Assembly: GCA_016748015.1 (NCBI GenBank) | Contig: JAAOMT010000441.1 | Coordinates: 124,001 to 188,000 of the forward strand | Length of the DNA stretch: 64,000 bases | Reading direction: 5' to 3' | From: Geosiphon pyriformis uo1 | Taxonomy: Eukaryota > Fungi > Glomeromycota | In this document: piece after piece, positions 25,629 through 39,739 of the stretch | Position numbering within the stretch: the first letter of the stretch is position 1 | Layout of the letters: every line of letters starts with the position of its first letter | Made by a program: the position numbers and the translations under genes | The notes under the pieces: model-generated | Seen by the model: only the letters and a program-made list of their open reading frames with translations | The model's database searches: none | Told to the model about the DNA's origin: nothing

Positions 25629-27451
25629 AACAGCAATAACAGAGCCAACAGTGGCCTCGTAATCGAAAAACAGTTTTAATTTATCGTACTGAATGGTAAA
25701 AAACTTCTTTTAAAAAAAACTTTTGACTCTTTTTTGGGAATTTTGGATGAAGGAAAGAAAGAAGTTTTTTTATCCAGATTTTAAAAAAACATTTTGTGCA
25801 TAAAAACAATTAATATATTATTATTTATAATATATTATTTATTTGGCAGTTTTATTTGTATTTAATTTAATATTAAATGTTTAATATTTTTAGAAAGCTA
25901 TTAATTAAACAAATATATTTTTATTAATATTAAAATTAGAAATATTTATATTATTATTCTTAAGTTTATAAAATATTATTATGTTGAAATATTAAAGTGG
26001 TTAAAATTTCAAATATATATATATAAACAATTATTTTGATTTAAATTTTGGTTTAATTGTTTTTGATTTTTAAAAACATATTTTAAAAATATTAATAAAA
26101 TTAAAAAATTATTATTGTAATTAAAAACTAGATTAAATTAAATAAATTATTAAAAACTTTATTATTAAATTTATCAATTGCTTTAATAACATTGATATTA
26201 TTTCCAAAATTTTGTTTTTTTATTATTATTATTGGATTTTTCATATTATTATCAAATATTTTAATTTTAATTTTATTACAATTAAAATTATTAACTTTTT
26301 TATACACTTACAATTATTAACACTTTTATTAACTAATAAACCTTAATCATATTAATTAAATTTGAAATTTACAATTTATTTTTTAAGGTTAATATTTTTC
26401 AAACTGATTTTTTAACATAATCAATTTTTTACATTTAGTTAATTCTTATTTTTAGGTATTTATAATAATTTTATTAGCAATTATTATTGAGAAAGAAGGA
26501 AAATAAGTTGTTTTTTGTTTTTTGACTGCAACTTTAGGCGAAATAAATATATAAATGATTTATGAAATCGGATTGCCAGTAACAATATTGTGTTATATTA
26601 GCATTTAAAATTATGCTCTATTATTTTTCTTAAGTGAGCATAAATTCAAAAGAAAAATATTCATGGGGAGTTATATTTAAGGTGGCCTTAACTCAAAATC
26701 AACCAGTTGTACTCATTTCTATTAAAACGGCCCTATACAGAATTACATTTGTTTATGTAGTATGAAAGTTTTTTAAAACTTTAGTTTTAATAAAATATTA
26801 TGTTCGAGTTGTGTTATTTATTTTAATTATTAAAAAATAATCTAGTTTTTCTCATATCTTGGATCTTGAATATCACAAAAGCCCAATGATTAAATGAGAT
26901 TTTTGGATGTAAGGGATATAGAAAACGAGGAAAAGTAGAGAAAGATAAAAAAGATGGGGTGATGCTTGGATGTTTATTTGAAATTTGATTAGGGTGCATG
27001 AAAATGCTTTTTATTTCAACGGCGCAGTTTGAATAAAAGAGTGCTGTATCCTAAATACACGCTAATGTCTTGATGTAAATGAGCAGAAGCAAGTATAATG
27101 TAAAGTTATATAAAGAAAGACAAAATTTCTATGTACAAAATGCATAAAAGAATTAATGTGATTGAATATCTACGATCTCACCTCTTCGTCTCACCTTTGA
27201 GAATAAAGGTTCCAAGTGGCGTGTAAGTTTGGCACATTTATGAAAACAATAAAGCTTGATGACGTCTTCCAGAAATTACATGAAATGTAAAATAAGAATA
27301 GTGTAAATAATTGATCTACAAGTAAGAAAGATTGGTATCGAACCATCGAAAATTTTCCGAAGCCATCGCTTGATTGTTCTTGGATTTTTTAATAATTTAT
27401 TAGGAAATTAAATTAACTGATCATTGCTTTTTGTAGCTTGCCATTTAAGCA

Positions 27452-29195
27452 TCACACCCTCAACGCTTGCACAGTTCTTCCAAACCCTATGGCAACAAAA
27501 TCTGTGCATGCTGAGCTCCAGATCAGTTGAGAAATTTCACTCTTAGCCTGATATGCCAAGGAGGGCTCTTGTTGTCGTTTAGTTCCATTAGTTTCGTTAG
27601 ACATCAATATAGAATTAAGATCCCAGACGAGAACTTGCGAATCGTCACCTGTAAATTAGAAATTATCGAGATGAATATGGATAGTGCTATTGAGAACGAC
27701 CCGAAAAAATGATGGGAATTCAAATCACTCACCACCACTACAAAGATAATTATTTTGATGAGGCGCCCAATTAACACAATTTACGGTTGCCGAATGTCCG
27801 CGTAACTCTGCAACAGGAAATCCTGGAGCTCGGACATCCAAAATTTGAACATGTGGTGAGTCCATATGGAAAGTGGCTAAATAATTTTGGTCCATTTTAT
27901 TAAAACAAAGACGCAAGAGTGGAGAAGGTTGAGATTGGGAAGAATGTGTAGAATTCGCCGTCGAAGGATGTGGTGCATTTGTCTCATAAATAATGGTAGA
28001 ATGCTCTAAGGCTCTTGAAATATCATAAGAATTACAGAAATTAGTAAAAACAAGGATTCGATTATAATGAGAACTCATGCAAAAATATCGAATCCGGAAG
28101 TCCAATACGGGGAGAAAAAATAAATTATCAACCTCAAATCAAACATTCGTACGCTACCATCGGCGCCAACACTAGCAAACATATTTACAGTATTCGAAGC
28201 AAATGCGACATCATATACTTCTTTATCGTGAGCAATTAATTGTGTTTTTGCTTGATTTGTTTCAATATTCCACACTGTGCATGTTGTATCAATACTCGAC
28301 GTAACTGCTAATGTTGTATCAACTTCATTCCAATCAAATGATGTTAAAGGTGCGTTAAAATCTGCCTTAGTCTTAAAAATAAATAAAATTGTATGTGTGA
28401 TACTAATTTATTTAGTAAGGAACTGGAATTCGAAAAAGTAATGCAAGGTGAGTTCCTGTTATACTTACATTTGTCAATAATTGTCGATGAACTAAGCGCT
28501 GTTGTTGGAAACCGTTATGATGATTTGCGCCGATGGTATTACCTCCTGGTTGATTATCATCGGTAACCTCCCATAAGCGCAAATGATCACCAGCAGTTGC
28601 TAATAAATCGGGTGATTCCGAGCCACTCTATACAAGTTTCGAGAGTGTCGTTACTAAGAGCATTCGAGATAGGCATATAACAATAGACACCCTTTTATCT
28701 AACCGGCTTATAAGGTTCCCATAACACTTTAGTTATCGGATATTGATGATCAGTTTCTGCGACCTTAACAAAGTCAGCGTGAGGGGAGCGGTAGTAAGGG
28801 TCGACATGAGCTAAATCTGGAAGTGTTATAATTTGAAGCTGTCAAAGGGGACAAAATAAATTGAATTCTGGAAAAACTGACAAAAGTAGAGATGCGATGC
28901 AGAATAGAGATCAAAATGTAAAAGTAACCTTATTCTCAAATTCTTCAATGAAACTTCCCAAAGCTAACCGGAATGCCTTATCTTCAGGACGTTTTGACCA
29001 GTCCAAACCATAAACTGGCCATGGGGCTATATATTGATACATTTCTTTCTTGAGAGCATTACCTTCTGAAGGATAGCGTGTTGATACCTTGCCGTTCATT
29101 TCTGAGGTGTAAGGAGAAAAAGGTGGGGAGGAAGGTGGCTGCTGAGGTGGAGATGCATGGGAGTGAGGTGGATACGTTAAGTTTTGCCGGTTCAT
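27452..29195 (-). CDS. DCAF7: DCAF7/WDR68 (AN11/TTG1 family) WD40 scaffold protein, multi-exon
   Basis: Family motifs across exons: [24 protein letters not shown]; [12 protein letters not shown]; [13 protein letters not shown]; [12 protein letters not shown]...[14 protein letters not shown]; [29 protein letters not shown]; LEHSTIIYE; PLLRL; ELRGH..VN...WAPH; [11 protein letters not shown]; ends QALRV* (TGA 27454-27452). GT-AG introns between blocks. Confidence 0.93.
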
Positions 29196-30221
29196 TGCAA
29201 GAAAAAAATGTTGACGGGAGAAATGAAAATATGTTGGTATGATGTCTACTAATTACATCATTTAGTGTTTAACCAATCAGATTTTCATGACTACAGAACT
29301 GTCAAAAATTCGACTTAAGGTTTTGCACTTCAATATAATGATTATCAAAAATTGCAATGTTGATTTTCGCGCGCGTATACAATATAAAGTGACACTTATG
29401 CTCTATCAAACATCAAACAACATGCAAACTAGTAAAAAACACGCATTTGTACTTTGTTTTACAAAAATTATACCACTCTGGTAATTTTTTTCCTGAAAGG
29501 AGATGAACTGATAACACGATAAAAAAACGTTTTATAAATCCCAACATGATCATTTAATAAAGGGGATGAAATTAATTAACCTGAAAGTTTGGGATTCAAA
29601 TGTAGATTCGCAGTTCACCGATGAAACCATATATATCAATTTTGACATGTGCTGACAAAATATTTGAACTTCATTCCATTTTAAGGTGAGAAAGCCGATT
29701 TCTTCTTTCAAACGGCCTTATGACTTTCTTCTAATTTTTAGCTCTCCTCCAATTGAATGGCTTCTCTTGCACTCCTGAAACAATAATTGGTCAGTTTTTT
29801 TTTGAACAAGTGATCTATAAACAAAGATTTTCTTTAATTAAAGAAATTGACTAATCAGACTATAATTTTATAACCACTTTGATCTTAATAAAAAAACTGC
29901 AGGTGTTAATTTTGTAATAAATTTTAAATTGAAATTATTTAATAATTTTTTCAGATATGTTTTTGATTTAAAAGATTTCAGTAATAGTAGTTCTATCAAC
30001 TTGAGCTAAAACAGTTTTTTATAATTTATTTTTATTATAAAAATAGGTTTTAAGTTTTAATAAAACATGATTATAAACAGCAGTTAAAAAGGTTTTTTTA
30101 ATATTTAATTATATATGAAAATAGTATATTAACAAATAATATTACATATGGTTTTTCTTTTAAATATATTAATTTATTTACATTATTAAATAAAAGACAA
30201 CTTTGTTACTTATATATATTA

Positions 30222-33200
30222 TAAAAAACTTCTTTCTCTCTTACCTTCAAATAATTCTTAAAGAGCACATTTTCTGAAAAAGAAGTTTTTTAGTTTTTCT
30301 TGTTAAGTTTATATCAATATTTCTTTAAATAATAACCCTTTTGTTATGGATTTAAAGACTGCTTCTAGCAATAATATGTCTAAAAAGAAAGTGCTTAAGA
30401 GTACTCTTCATGGTCCTGTTGGTGGGTCTTTTTCCCAAAAGAAAAAAATAGTTCTTAGTAATGTTAAATATTTAGATGATGAAAAAGACATTTCTCTTGT
30501 CAAACTTGGTTCTGGTGGTATGTACTCGGACATGGATAGTAAATCGAGTTGTGGTGAAGACAATACAGTCATGGAAGGTATCAACAGTAGGTCACTTTTA
30601 GGCTTGGCAGCTACTACTCCTAAAGTGAAAAGAGTGAATTCCAGCATGGTCTTTGGGTCTCCTCCCACCCTTCCTTAGTATATCTTTGAAAAAGAAATGG
30701 ATAAATCCTAAGATTGTGAAAACCCCTATGGAAGTTTCTGTTAGAAAGTCATTTGCTTTGGATATCAATCTTTTGACAGTGGAAGGCAAATCTGCTACAG
30801 CAAAAACTTAGTTCATTAGGAAAATTTTTTCATCAGTCAATGGTTTTGGGAGGGCCACTACCTTCTCAAAATTTAAAGGAATCATCTGATCAATGTTTAC
30901 CTCTGAAAAAAACATGGAAATGACCATATCATTGGCCAAAGAAAAAGGGATCGACATAAACAGCAATCTTAAAAGACAAGGAATAAGGTCAGATTGGGCT
31001 GTGGTGATTAAGGAAATTCCCATAAATACATCTAAAGATATGATTGTCGCCGCAGTGTCTAAATTTGGGGAAATTAAGTCAATCAAAATTTAACTAATTG
31101 GAATGTGGCAAAAAGCTGTAGTGGAGTTTGCTGAATTAGGCCAAGCTGATTTGTTAGCTTCTAAGTAGTCATTCTTAATTGGTAAGAATTCTGTGCATGT
31201 AGCCAAAGCAGTGAGAGATTATGAGACTTGGACATCAAAAAATCAATTCAGAGCACTTTTGTTTACTTTGCTGATAAGAACAATGGCACATGATCTTGGG
31301 ACTCTTCTGAATAGGGCTGGTGGGAAAACTTGCATCATAAACAGATCTCTGGAAACTGGTAATAGAATTTGTTGTGCTGTAGTCAGTTTTGAATCTGATA
31401 ATGATCTGGAGTCTGCCTTTGCACAGAGCCAATTCTTAGCAGTATTAAACTTTTTTGGGCAAGGATGGATCTGGTTCAGTGTAAAAAATGTGAAAAGTTT
31501 GGTTATTCTGCTATGGAATGTGATACATCTGTTGCATCTCCATCTAAGTCTTCAAGAACATTTAAAAAAGTTGTGTTTAATGGATGTCGTCTTTAATTAA
31601 CTAAGTTGTATGAAAAGAAAAGTGTTCCAATATCTCACTCTGCTGCCTTTGGTAGCAAATCTTGGATCCAGATGGTTACACTTGCTGGTCTTTCTGGTGG
31701 TCTTTATTTCAGTTCTGGTTTTAGTCTTTTTTTTTCTGATGCCTTAGATTTAGATGGTGGTTTTCCTCTTACTTTAGCCAATACTTCTTTTTTAAATGCT
31801 TGTTTGGCCACTTTAGAATGCTCTTTGGAGCTTTTGATGGATCAGGTATCTGGTATATTAAAAAAATTAAGTGGCATGGAACTGAAATCTATGGCGACCT
31901 CCTTTAGCATTTCTTTTCTGTTTACTTCCACTTCTTTGGTGCTGTATTTGGATGTGGATATGATTTTAGATGATATAATATTGGCTTCTGCTCCTTCTCT
32001 TTCAGCTGTAAATAATGTGGTCCATGATTCTAGCTTGAGTTTTTCTAAGGTTCTGACCTCTAAGATGGGTGGATTAAAATTGAAAATGGTAGCTTTTGAG
32101 ATCTCAATCGGTTTGGTTTTGAAAAAGTTGGATTGTCTGTGTTTTGGTGTGAGTTCTTTAGCTCTTTTTCTTTCTCAATGAGTAGTTTGGTGTAGAAAGT
32201 GGCTACATGTAATGTCAGGGGCATGAACAATCCTGCCAAACAGGAGGATATTGTTCGATGGCACAAAAATATGGACAACATGATTTCTGTGATTACTGAA
32301 ACAAAGTTGAAAGACAAAGTTTGTCCTTGGATTATGAATAAGTTTAATGGCATTCAAACATTCACCTCTGGTTTAGAGTCTGGTTATTTGGGTGTAGGTA
32401 TTGCCATAATTATGAATGCTTCTCTAACAAAGCATGTGTGCAAAGTTTCTGAGATGTCTGGTCGACTTATCTCTGTGAAATTGCTCTTCAAAAACAAACT
32501 TTCATTGACAGTTTTGGGCTTGTATGTGAGTGCCACCTTGGAAAAGAGGTTGGCTCACTTTCATGTCATCAATTCAATGGTGGCTAAGGCTTTAAATGGC
32601 AGTACATTCATTGTTCTTGGTAGTAACTTTAACAAAAATAATTCTGGTTGCAGTGTAAGCTTCAAGAAATGTTTGGATCTAAGTTTGTTTGATTTTTTAT
32701 ATGGTTTTTTTTTGCACAGACTTCCCACATGATCCAATTTGAAGGGTGTTCAAAAGTGCATAAATTTTATATTAGTTAGTGATGGTCTTTGTAGTTTATT
32801 TTTTAACCAAAAAGTTTACTGTCTGGCTGAATTTTTTGATTCTGACCACTTGGTAGTATCAGTGAACATTGGTTTGAGGGGTTTTTTTAATTCTCAGCTT
32901 AATTTGGTATGCAAACAGGCTGTGAAAGAAAAATGGAAATACAAAGTTAGTGGTGTTAGTGATGAAATTTGGAAAAAGTTTGGAGATATATCATTGGCTG
33001 TTTTTTCAAAGTCAGTTGGTAATTTTGAATATCACACCACTGAAGGTAATATCAATGGGATATGAACACTTCTCTGTTAAATGGTGCGCTTTACAACAGA
33101 AGCTACTCTCATGAAAACACAGTCTAGGGATAGTGGGTTGGTCAAAACTTCTGCTTTTTCTAGATTTCACAAGTTAGAACTTTTAGTGGCAAAAATTTTG

Positions 33201-36200
33201 AATGCATACAAATCAGGTAATTTAGAAAAACTTCAGGCTTTAGTTGATAAATGGATCAACTTGGATTTTGACCAAGCTGTAGAGTTTAAGAGTTTCTTGG
33301 ACAATGATCATGACAGAGTGTTGGTTGAACAATTACTGATGTATTTTAGAAAATTATATAGGTCTCGCAAGTTTTTGGAATCTAAGGCTATTAAGAACTC
33401 ACAGATCTGAGCAGTTATTAATAAGCACATAGAAGCTTTTGTAGACAACAAAGATCAAATGATTAAAAGTGTGTTGGAAAAGCCTTTCAAGAAAGTCATG
33501 CTGGATTATCTGGTTGATAATAAAGATTTGGTCTTGGAACCAGATTTGGTCAAAGGCAGGATGGATTCAATTATAAAAAATTGGACCAGAAAACATACAG
33601 TCAAACCTTCAATGCCTTCTTATTGGTAAGTACAATTTTTTCCTCTCAATCATGTCAGTAATAGTGCATTTTTTGGCATGATGAAGCAAATTGATTTTGA
33701 TGAATTTTCATTGGTAGTCAAGGATCTTCCTGATGGCAAAGCTGCTGGTTTGTTTGGTATCTCTAATGAGATGTAAAAGTACTGTGATAAGTCTGTTTTG
33801 GTTCTTTTTTTGCATTTGCTCAACTTGTGCTTAGTATGTGAATCTGTTCCAGATGCCTGGAGAGAAGCTTGGGTATCCATAATTCCAAAATCTTATAAGT
33901 GAGAAAGAGTCCTGACAAACACCAGACTTATTGTTCTTATTGAGACTTCTAGGAAAATTTTTTCAAAGATTCTATCTGATCACATTTCAAGAGTCTACAG
34001 CACACACAATGTTCTGTGTGGGAACAATTTTTTGGTATTGAAAGACACTTCTACTTAGTCCTCTATCTTTGTTGTAGGATTTGTTGTGGAAGATGCTTTG
34101 AAGAAGGGCAGGAAACTCTGGTTGGTGCTTCAGGACATGCACAAAGCTTACAATTCAGTAGGCTGGTTGCATCTGAAAGGTAGTCTAGAGAGAATCAAAA
34201 TGTGTGAGAGGTTTGTCAGGTTTTTTGGTAGTATCCACAATGGCTGCAAGAATAGAGTTATGACAGACTTTGATTTGTCTAAGAGTTATAAGATACACAA
34301 TAGTCTGGACCAGGGAGAAGTTTTTTCTCCTCTTTTGTGGAGAATTTTTTATGATCCTCTGTTATGCGAAGTGAAAAAACATGAGTCATTCTTTGGGTAT
34401 CAAGTTGATTCCAAATTTGTGGTCAGAACAGATAGAATTGAGTCGAATGCTGGTTTGACTTCTTATTTGGCTGCTGGTGCTTTCATGGATGACACCATTT
34501 GGGTTGGCAATTGTCATACAGCAACACAGAATATTTTGAACATTGCTAGTGAGTTTTTTGAATTAATGGATATATCAATCAACATGAAAAAGATGGTTGC
34601 CATTTCTATTAACCCAAGGACCAGCAACACCTTCTTGGAAGTGAGCAAATCTCTTATTTCAATCACAAAATCTGGTGAGACTCATCAGTATTTAGGTATT
34701 TTTCTGTCAATTAAAGATCTTTTTGGTCCAAGTTTAAAAAAAGCAAATTCAGATATCAAGTTTTTCTCATCCATGACTTTACGCAAAGCTATTATGGACA
34801 AGCAGTTCTCTTATTTGGTATTAGCTGTTTTACAGTCCATAATAGAATATAAAACTTAATTTAGCTTTGTCAGTAGAAGCATGTGCGAGAAATGAGACTG
34901 TATAATTAAAAAGGGGTTGAAGTCTAAGGCCAGTCTGCCTAGAGACTTTCCTAATGAGGCAGTGCACTATCCTTCTTTTTACAATTTGAAGTCTTTTGAA
35001 CAAGTTCAGGCAGAAGCAAAAGTCTCGTCAGTGTTATAGTTTGCTAATAATAATGGATTAATGAGTTGACTATTTGGGTACAGATCAATGGACTTGCAGG
35101 TTTTGGGCTGGGTTCTTTAGAACTCTCTTCAATTTTCTGTTAAATTAATGGTCAATTTGATGAACAATTTTCTGGCTGGTGTTACTAAAATTTTTTTATG
35201 TAATGACATCTCCTTAGCTAATAGTTTGTCCAATGTTTTTTGTCTCAAGTGAGATTTTCTTGTTCTGGATGTTTTGGGCCAAACTATATATCTCCAGGTT
35301 TGCAGATTGCTAAAGCATTTTGGGATCATTTTTGCAGATTAATTGTTGAACAGTCATGGAGAATATTTTAATTAGAAGGATTTTTGCTGTTGGAAACAAC
35401 TGGATCTCAGAGGCCTGGTTCCCTTATGGTTTACACTGGTTTCAGATTTTGTCAAAAGTGGTGGTTTGGTTAAAGATTCTTCTTCTACTTTTGAGTTCTC
35501 TTCCAAGTTGGATGTTTCTGATATGAACCACTTTGGTTTCATCCATTCTAGTTTGAAAGATGCTTCTTTGCCAATGATCTCAGTTTATACTGATGGTTCT
35601 GTTAAAGGCTTTGGTATTTCTAATGCTGTTGGAGGGACTGCCGCTTATTTTTCTGATTTAGGTTTGCACATAGGTGTGGAGGTCCATGATATGCTATCAT
35701 CTACCCTAGCTGAAATGCAGGCTGTTGTGCTGGCTTTCAAGTGCATTTTGGCTTCCTTAAATGTTACAGTTTTCTCTAACAGTCAGGCTTCCTTAGATGC
35801 TTGTCAGGCCGAGTTGAGGTTGGTGGCTCCAGATTTTCACAACAAGTGCTGGATAGAGTACCATTATATTAGCAATTTGGTTAAATATAAAAACATTTCT
35901 GTCACCTGGTCAAAGGTAAAGGGTCACTCTGGTATTTTGGGCAATGAACACACTGATTGGTTGGCTAATCTAGCCACATCATCAGAGCTTGTTTATTTAG
36001 CAAATGTCAAAGAAAATTTTTTAATGGCAGATGATAAGGTGATTTCTGGCAATGCATACCACTTCATTAGATTAACAAATAATACTGTTAGATGTTTTCA
36101 ATAGAAATTTGAACCTGGTTTGAGCATTGTAGATTCTTCACAAGTTGAGAACATAAACTGGGTTTGTACTGCCTTGGTATGACATCCTGATTCCCATATG

Positions 36201-36990
36201 TCTACAGGATATACAAGTAGAACTACTGCTGGTTTGTGCACATATTTGATGAAAGCCTTATACAGAAGGCTACCTGTAGCTGTTAGAAAGCACTTATATG
36301 ATTAAAGTTATCCTAGTGTGCTTTGTGTACATTGCAGAGAGATGGATTTTTCAGATCATAGTTTTATTTGTTGCTTGGACTTTTTGATGCATCAGAGCTT
36401 GTTAAGTGAGCATTCCTCTCTTTGGAAATCTCTTACTGGGACAACCTTGTTATCATCTGTGGTTTTGCAGTCTCTAGCTTCTTCTGTTTCTGATGGTGGT
36501 TTCTACACATCTTTGTGCAAGAGTCTCATGTTTGAGGATTGGTTGGTAGAAGCTAAAGCGTCTTTTGTGAATACTAAGCTTGCAATGTTTAATTTGGTTG
36601 AGTTTGTTTGGAGTATGGTTTTTGGCCATAGGGAGTGGATTTGGGTGCCTAATTCAAAACTTTGAGCTGAAATGGAGCATTGTGGGTCATTATGTACAGA
36701 TGAGTCTTTATGTGATATTGTTCGGTGTCTTCCTGCTAAGGTTTCTGGTGGTGTTGCTCGTTTACTAGGAATTGAGAGGAGTCACGTAACCAACTTTGGT
36801 CTAAGTATTAGCCGTTTGTTTTTCGCTAGTGCTATTGGCAAAGTTATAGTAAATATAGTTGCATAGTGTAGCCTTGATTGGCTGAGTGGCTAGTCACATA
36901 TAGCAAAAGTGTGAATCACATTTAATTTAGAATTTTAGATAGTTGTATTGTATTAGATAGTAATTGGGCTTCACTCATTAAATAAAAATA
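30222..36990 (+). mobile_element. Full-length LINE B (divergent subfamily), inactivated
   Basis: 5' leader at ~30222; ORF1 30346-32181; ORF2 32178-36866 with ATGA overlap; APE, RT (AFMDDT), RNase H (VYTDGS...KVKGHSGILGNE); 3' UTR and A-rich tail. Many TGG>TAG/TGA and CAA>TAA stops. Confidence 0.93.
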
Positions 36991-38791
36991 AAAAATAAGA
37001 TCTATAAATAAAACAAAAAATTTTATTTTATTTTTTATGTTATTTGAATTAACTAAATATTTTTTTATAATAAATATTACAATAAAAGTAAACAACTGTA
37101 TTTTACTTTTTATTAAATGTATAACAAGCTTTTATTAATAAAAATTATTTGTTATATTTGATATAAACTAATTAAAATTAATAATATAGTTGATTTTATT
37201 AACAAAAAAAAATTTTTTAAAAATTTTTATTTTTATTTTTTTTTATTAAAGTTTAATAAGTGGAGTCCAAATGTTACTTAGCACTATACATCATACAAAT
37301 GATCTAAACTAGGCACGAATCATGCCTTTGCTACATGTGACCAGACACTCTGACTGGTCAGAACAACACTACATACTTATATGAACAGAAATCATGTCAC
37401 CAATATCTGCATAAAACAAACAATACTTATGATACCCAAAACTGATGCCAAGTACATCAGCAACACCCAACAACCTAATCACCCCAGCCGAAAGCCAAGT
37501 AGAAAAACCAGAAACAGCGACAGGAATGGAACCATCACGTGGAATTAGCTTATTCTTTTTCATAATGGCCCGGTGTTTCACACAGACCAGCCAGATATTA
37601 TCATAAAATGCAAAACAAAACTCATGTACAAAATTCATAACATTGACTACTGTCACCTTAGGATCCTTGTAAACAGAAACAGACTTGCAATACCAATTGC
37701 CGAAAACAAAGCCCTTACACAGAGCCGTACTAACAGTTACATCTGAAATGCAAGTTAACAACAACTGCGATATGCATGAAGAAGAATGAAACAGACCAAA
37801 ACGCATCTCCCAGGCAGTTGCATAAGTGTCCAACAAACCGGCATGACTATTAGTATTAGAAGAGCAAGAAAAGACATGGTCTGAGACTTCAATCTTATTA
37901 CAGAACAAACAAACTACACTGGGATAACCCCTATCATACAGATGCTTTTGTACAGCAACAGAAAGGCGATAATGAAAGGCTTTCATGAAATATGTACGAA
38001 AGCCAGCTGTCCGAATACTAGTAAAACCAATTGCCATGTGGAAATTCGGGTGCCACATCAGAGAGGATCTCAACCAATCAATATCAGCATGCAGACAACC
38101 TGAAACAACCCGAGAACCAGAATCAACCTCCCAATGCATGCGATTGATAGACCTGAATATGTCATGAACAAAATGCTTCAAATTACCAGAAACCATATTA
38201 ACACCAGCCTTCAAAAACCTCTCACTGACCAAGTGGGGCAGGTGCCAAGCAGAAAAGACAGCATTCTTAGCAAGCACATCAGCCCACTTGTTGCCTGAAA
38301 CACTTGAATGGCCCTTAACCTTAATTCAATTAACATCCAAATTTTTGTGATGAATGACATTGGCAATGTGATGATGCTCAATCCAACAACAATTCCTGAA
38401 ATCAAGACCAACTGATAAAGACTCCGACCTGCAAGCATCTAAAGCCACCTGGCTGTCCGAAAACAAGTTAACTAAACAAAAAGAAGGAACACACTCAAGA
38501 GCTAAAGTAATGGTCTGCAATTCCACCAAAGTAGAAGAAACTAAACCAAAAACCCCCACACCCAGACCTGAATCAATGTCCTCAAAAAAAACCGCAGCAC
38601 TAGCCAACATGTCAATAGTGCCCAAGTTATTCAGAGACTTATTTGTGTACACAGAAAGGTGAGTGGCACCAACATTCAACAGATCATTACAAATAACACC
38701 AAAACCAAAAGACTGATGGATGTTAGAAGAGCCACAAACGCCCTTATGAGGAGAATGACTAGAAGGAGAAACCACACCACCAAGAAAACGT

Positions 38792-39657
38792 TGTTACGGT
38801 TTAAGAATTTAGCAAAAAGAATCATAAAAATAATACAAACTATTCAATCATAATATAGCACAGTAATAATCTTAGAAAGATAATGATTAACATAGTAGCA
38901 AACACCATCTCGCGATAGTGGCAAGCACCAGTTCACAATAGCAGCCAACACCAACTGGTGATAGCAGCAAACACCAGGTTGAAATATCAAAAAGAAAGTA
39001 TTTTTTCGTAGAACTACAAACATGTATATATACAGTAGTTTTAATATTGGGAAATAATCAATCAAGTAATAAAAATCATAACTTATCAAGCAACAGATCC
39101 AATTTTATCCAATAAACTCTACTTTAAATTATACTTTCAAATTAAATATTCCAAGAAACCTTTAAAAATTAAAAAGAAATGAAAAAAAATAATTAAAATA
39201 GAACTATCACAACCCAAAGTATTAAGAAACTTACTTGTATTATTTATTGAATGAAACTATCATTCATCAACTGAATCCCTTGGAAGAATAATCCTTAATC
39301 AAGATTATTCATGTTGTTATTAATTGATAAAAGCTTTATTGTGAGAATTAGAAAAGCGCTAAAGACCATTAACATTCTGTGTTTCTAGATTAGAGAAACA
39401 CATCAGGCAATTGCAAAGATAGCCTCAGAGAAGACCTCAGACAGTGGGTAGATTTCAGTTCAGCCTCTGAGAAGAAGTACATAAACACACACAACAATCA
39501 AGAATTAAAGAATAACTTACATCGCAACAGTAAAAAGAAGCCTTCAGTGTAACAGTGACATTATCACACAAATAGAATTGAGGAACTCACGAAAGACTGA
39601 TTGCAATTAAAGTGGAATATCAGCAATTAAATATAACAAAAAAACCATTCCGTAACA
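38792..39657 (+). repeat. 5' LTR of Gypsy 1 (866 bp)
   Basis: TGTTACGG...CCGTAACA terminal inverted repeat; about 97% identical to 46000-46866 by eye. Confidence 0.96.
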
Positions 39658-39659
39658 TT

Positions 39660-39677
39660 TGGTGAACCCTATGAGGA
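39660..39677 (+). promoter_or_regulatory. Primer-binding site
   Basis: TGGTGAACCCTATGAGGA 2 nt after the LTR end. TGG is complementary to tRNA 3'-CCA; cognate tRNA not identified. Confidence 0.75.
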
Positions 39678-39739
39678 AAGAAAATCAAAAAAAAAATAAT
39701 AATTAACAATAATTCATTGCTAAAAAGGAAAAGACAAAA

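Larger units (their letters stand above)
19011..25771 (-). mobile_element. Full-length LINE A (ORF1 + APE-RT-RNase H-zinc finger ORF2), inactivated
   Basis: 5' leader near 25771; ORF1 25628-23829; ORF2 23832-19149 overlapping ORF1 by ATGA; 3' UTR and (TAA)n/poly(A) tail at ~19011-19030. Scattered stops and frameshifts. Confidence 0.95.

Noticed and set aside
19001-25782. Possible TSD for LINE A (TTTTTACAGATTTT vs TTTTTATCCAGATTTT)
   Set aside because: Imperfect and embedded in T-runs; cannot be distinguished from chance.
38844-39089. 81-aa antisense ORF present in all three Gypsy LTRs
   Set aside because: Non-ATG start and no recognisable motif. Persistence is explained by the near identity of the LTRs.
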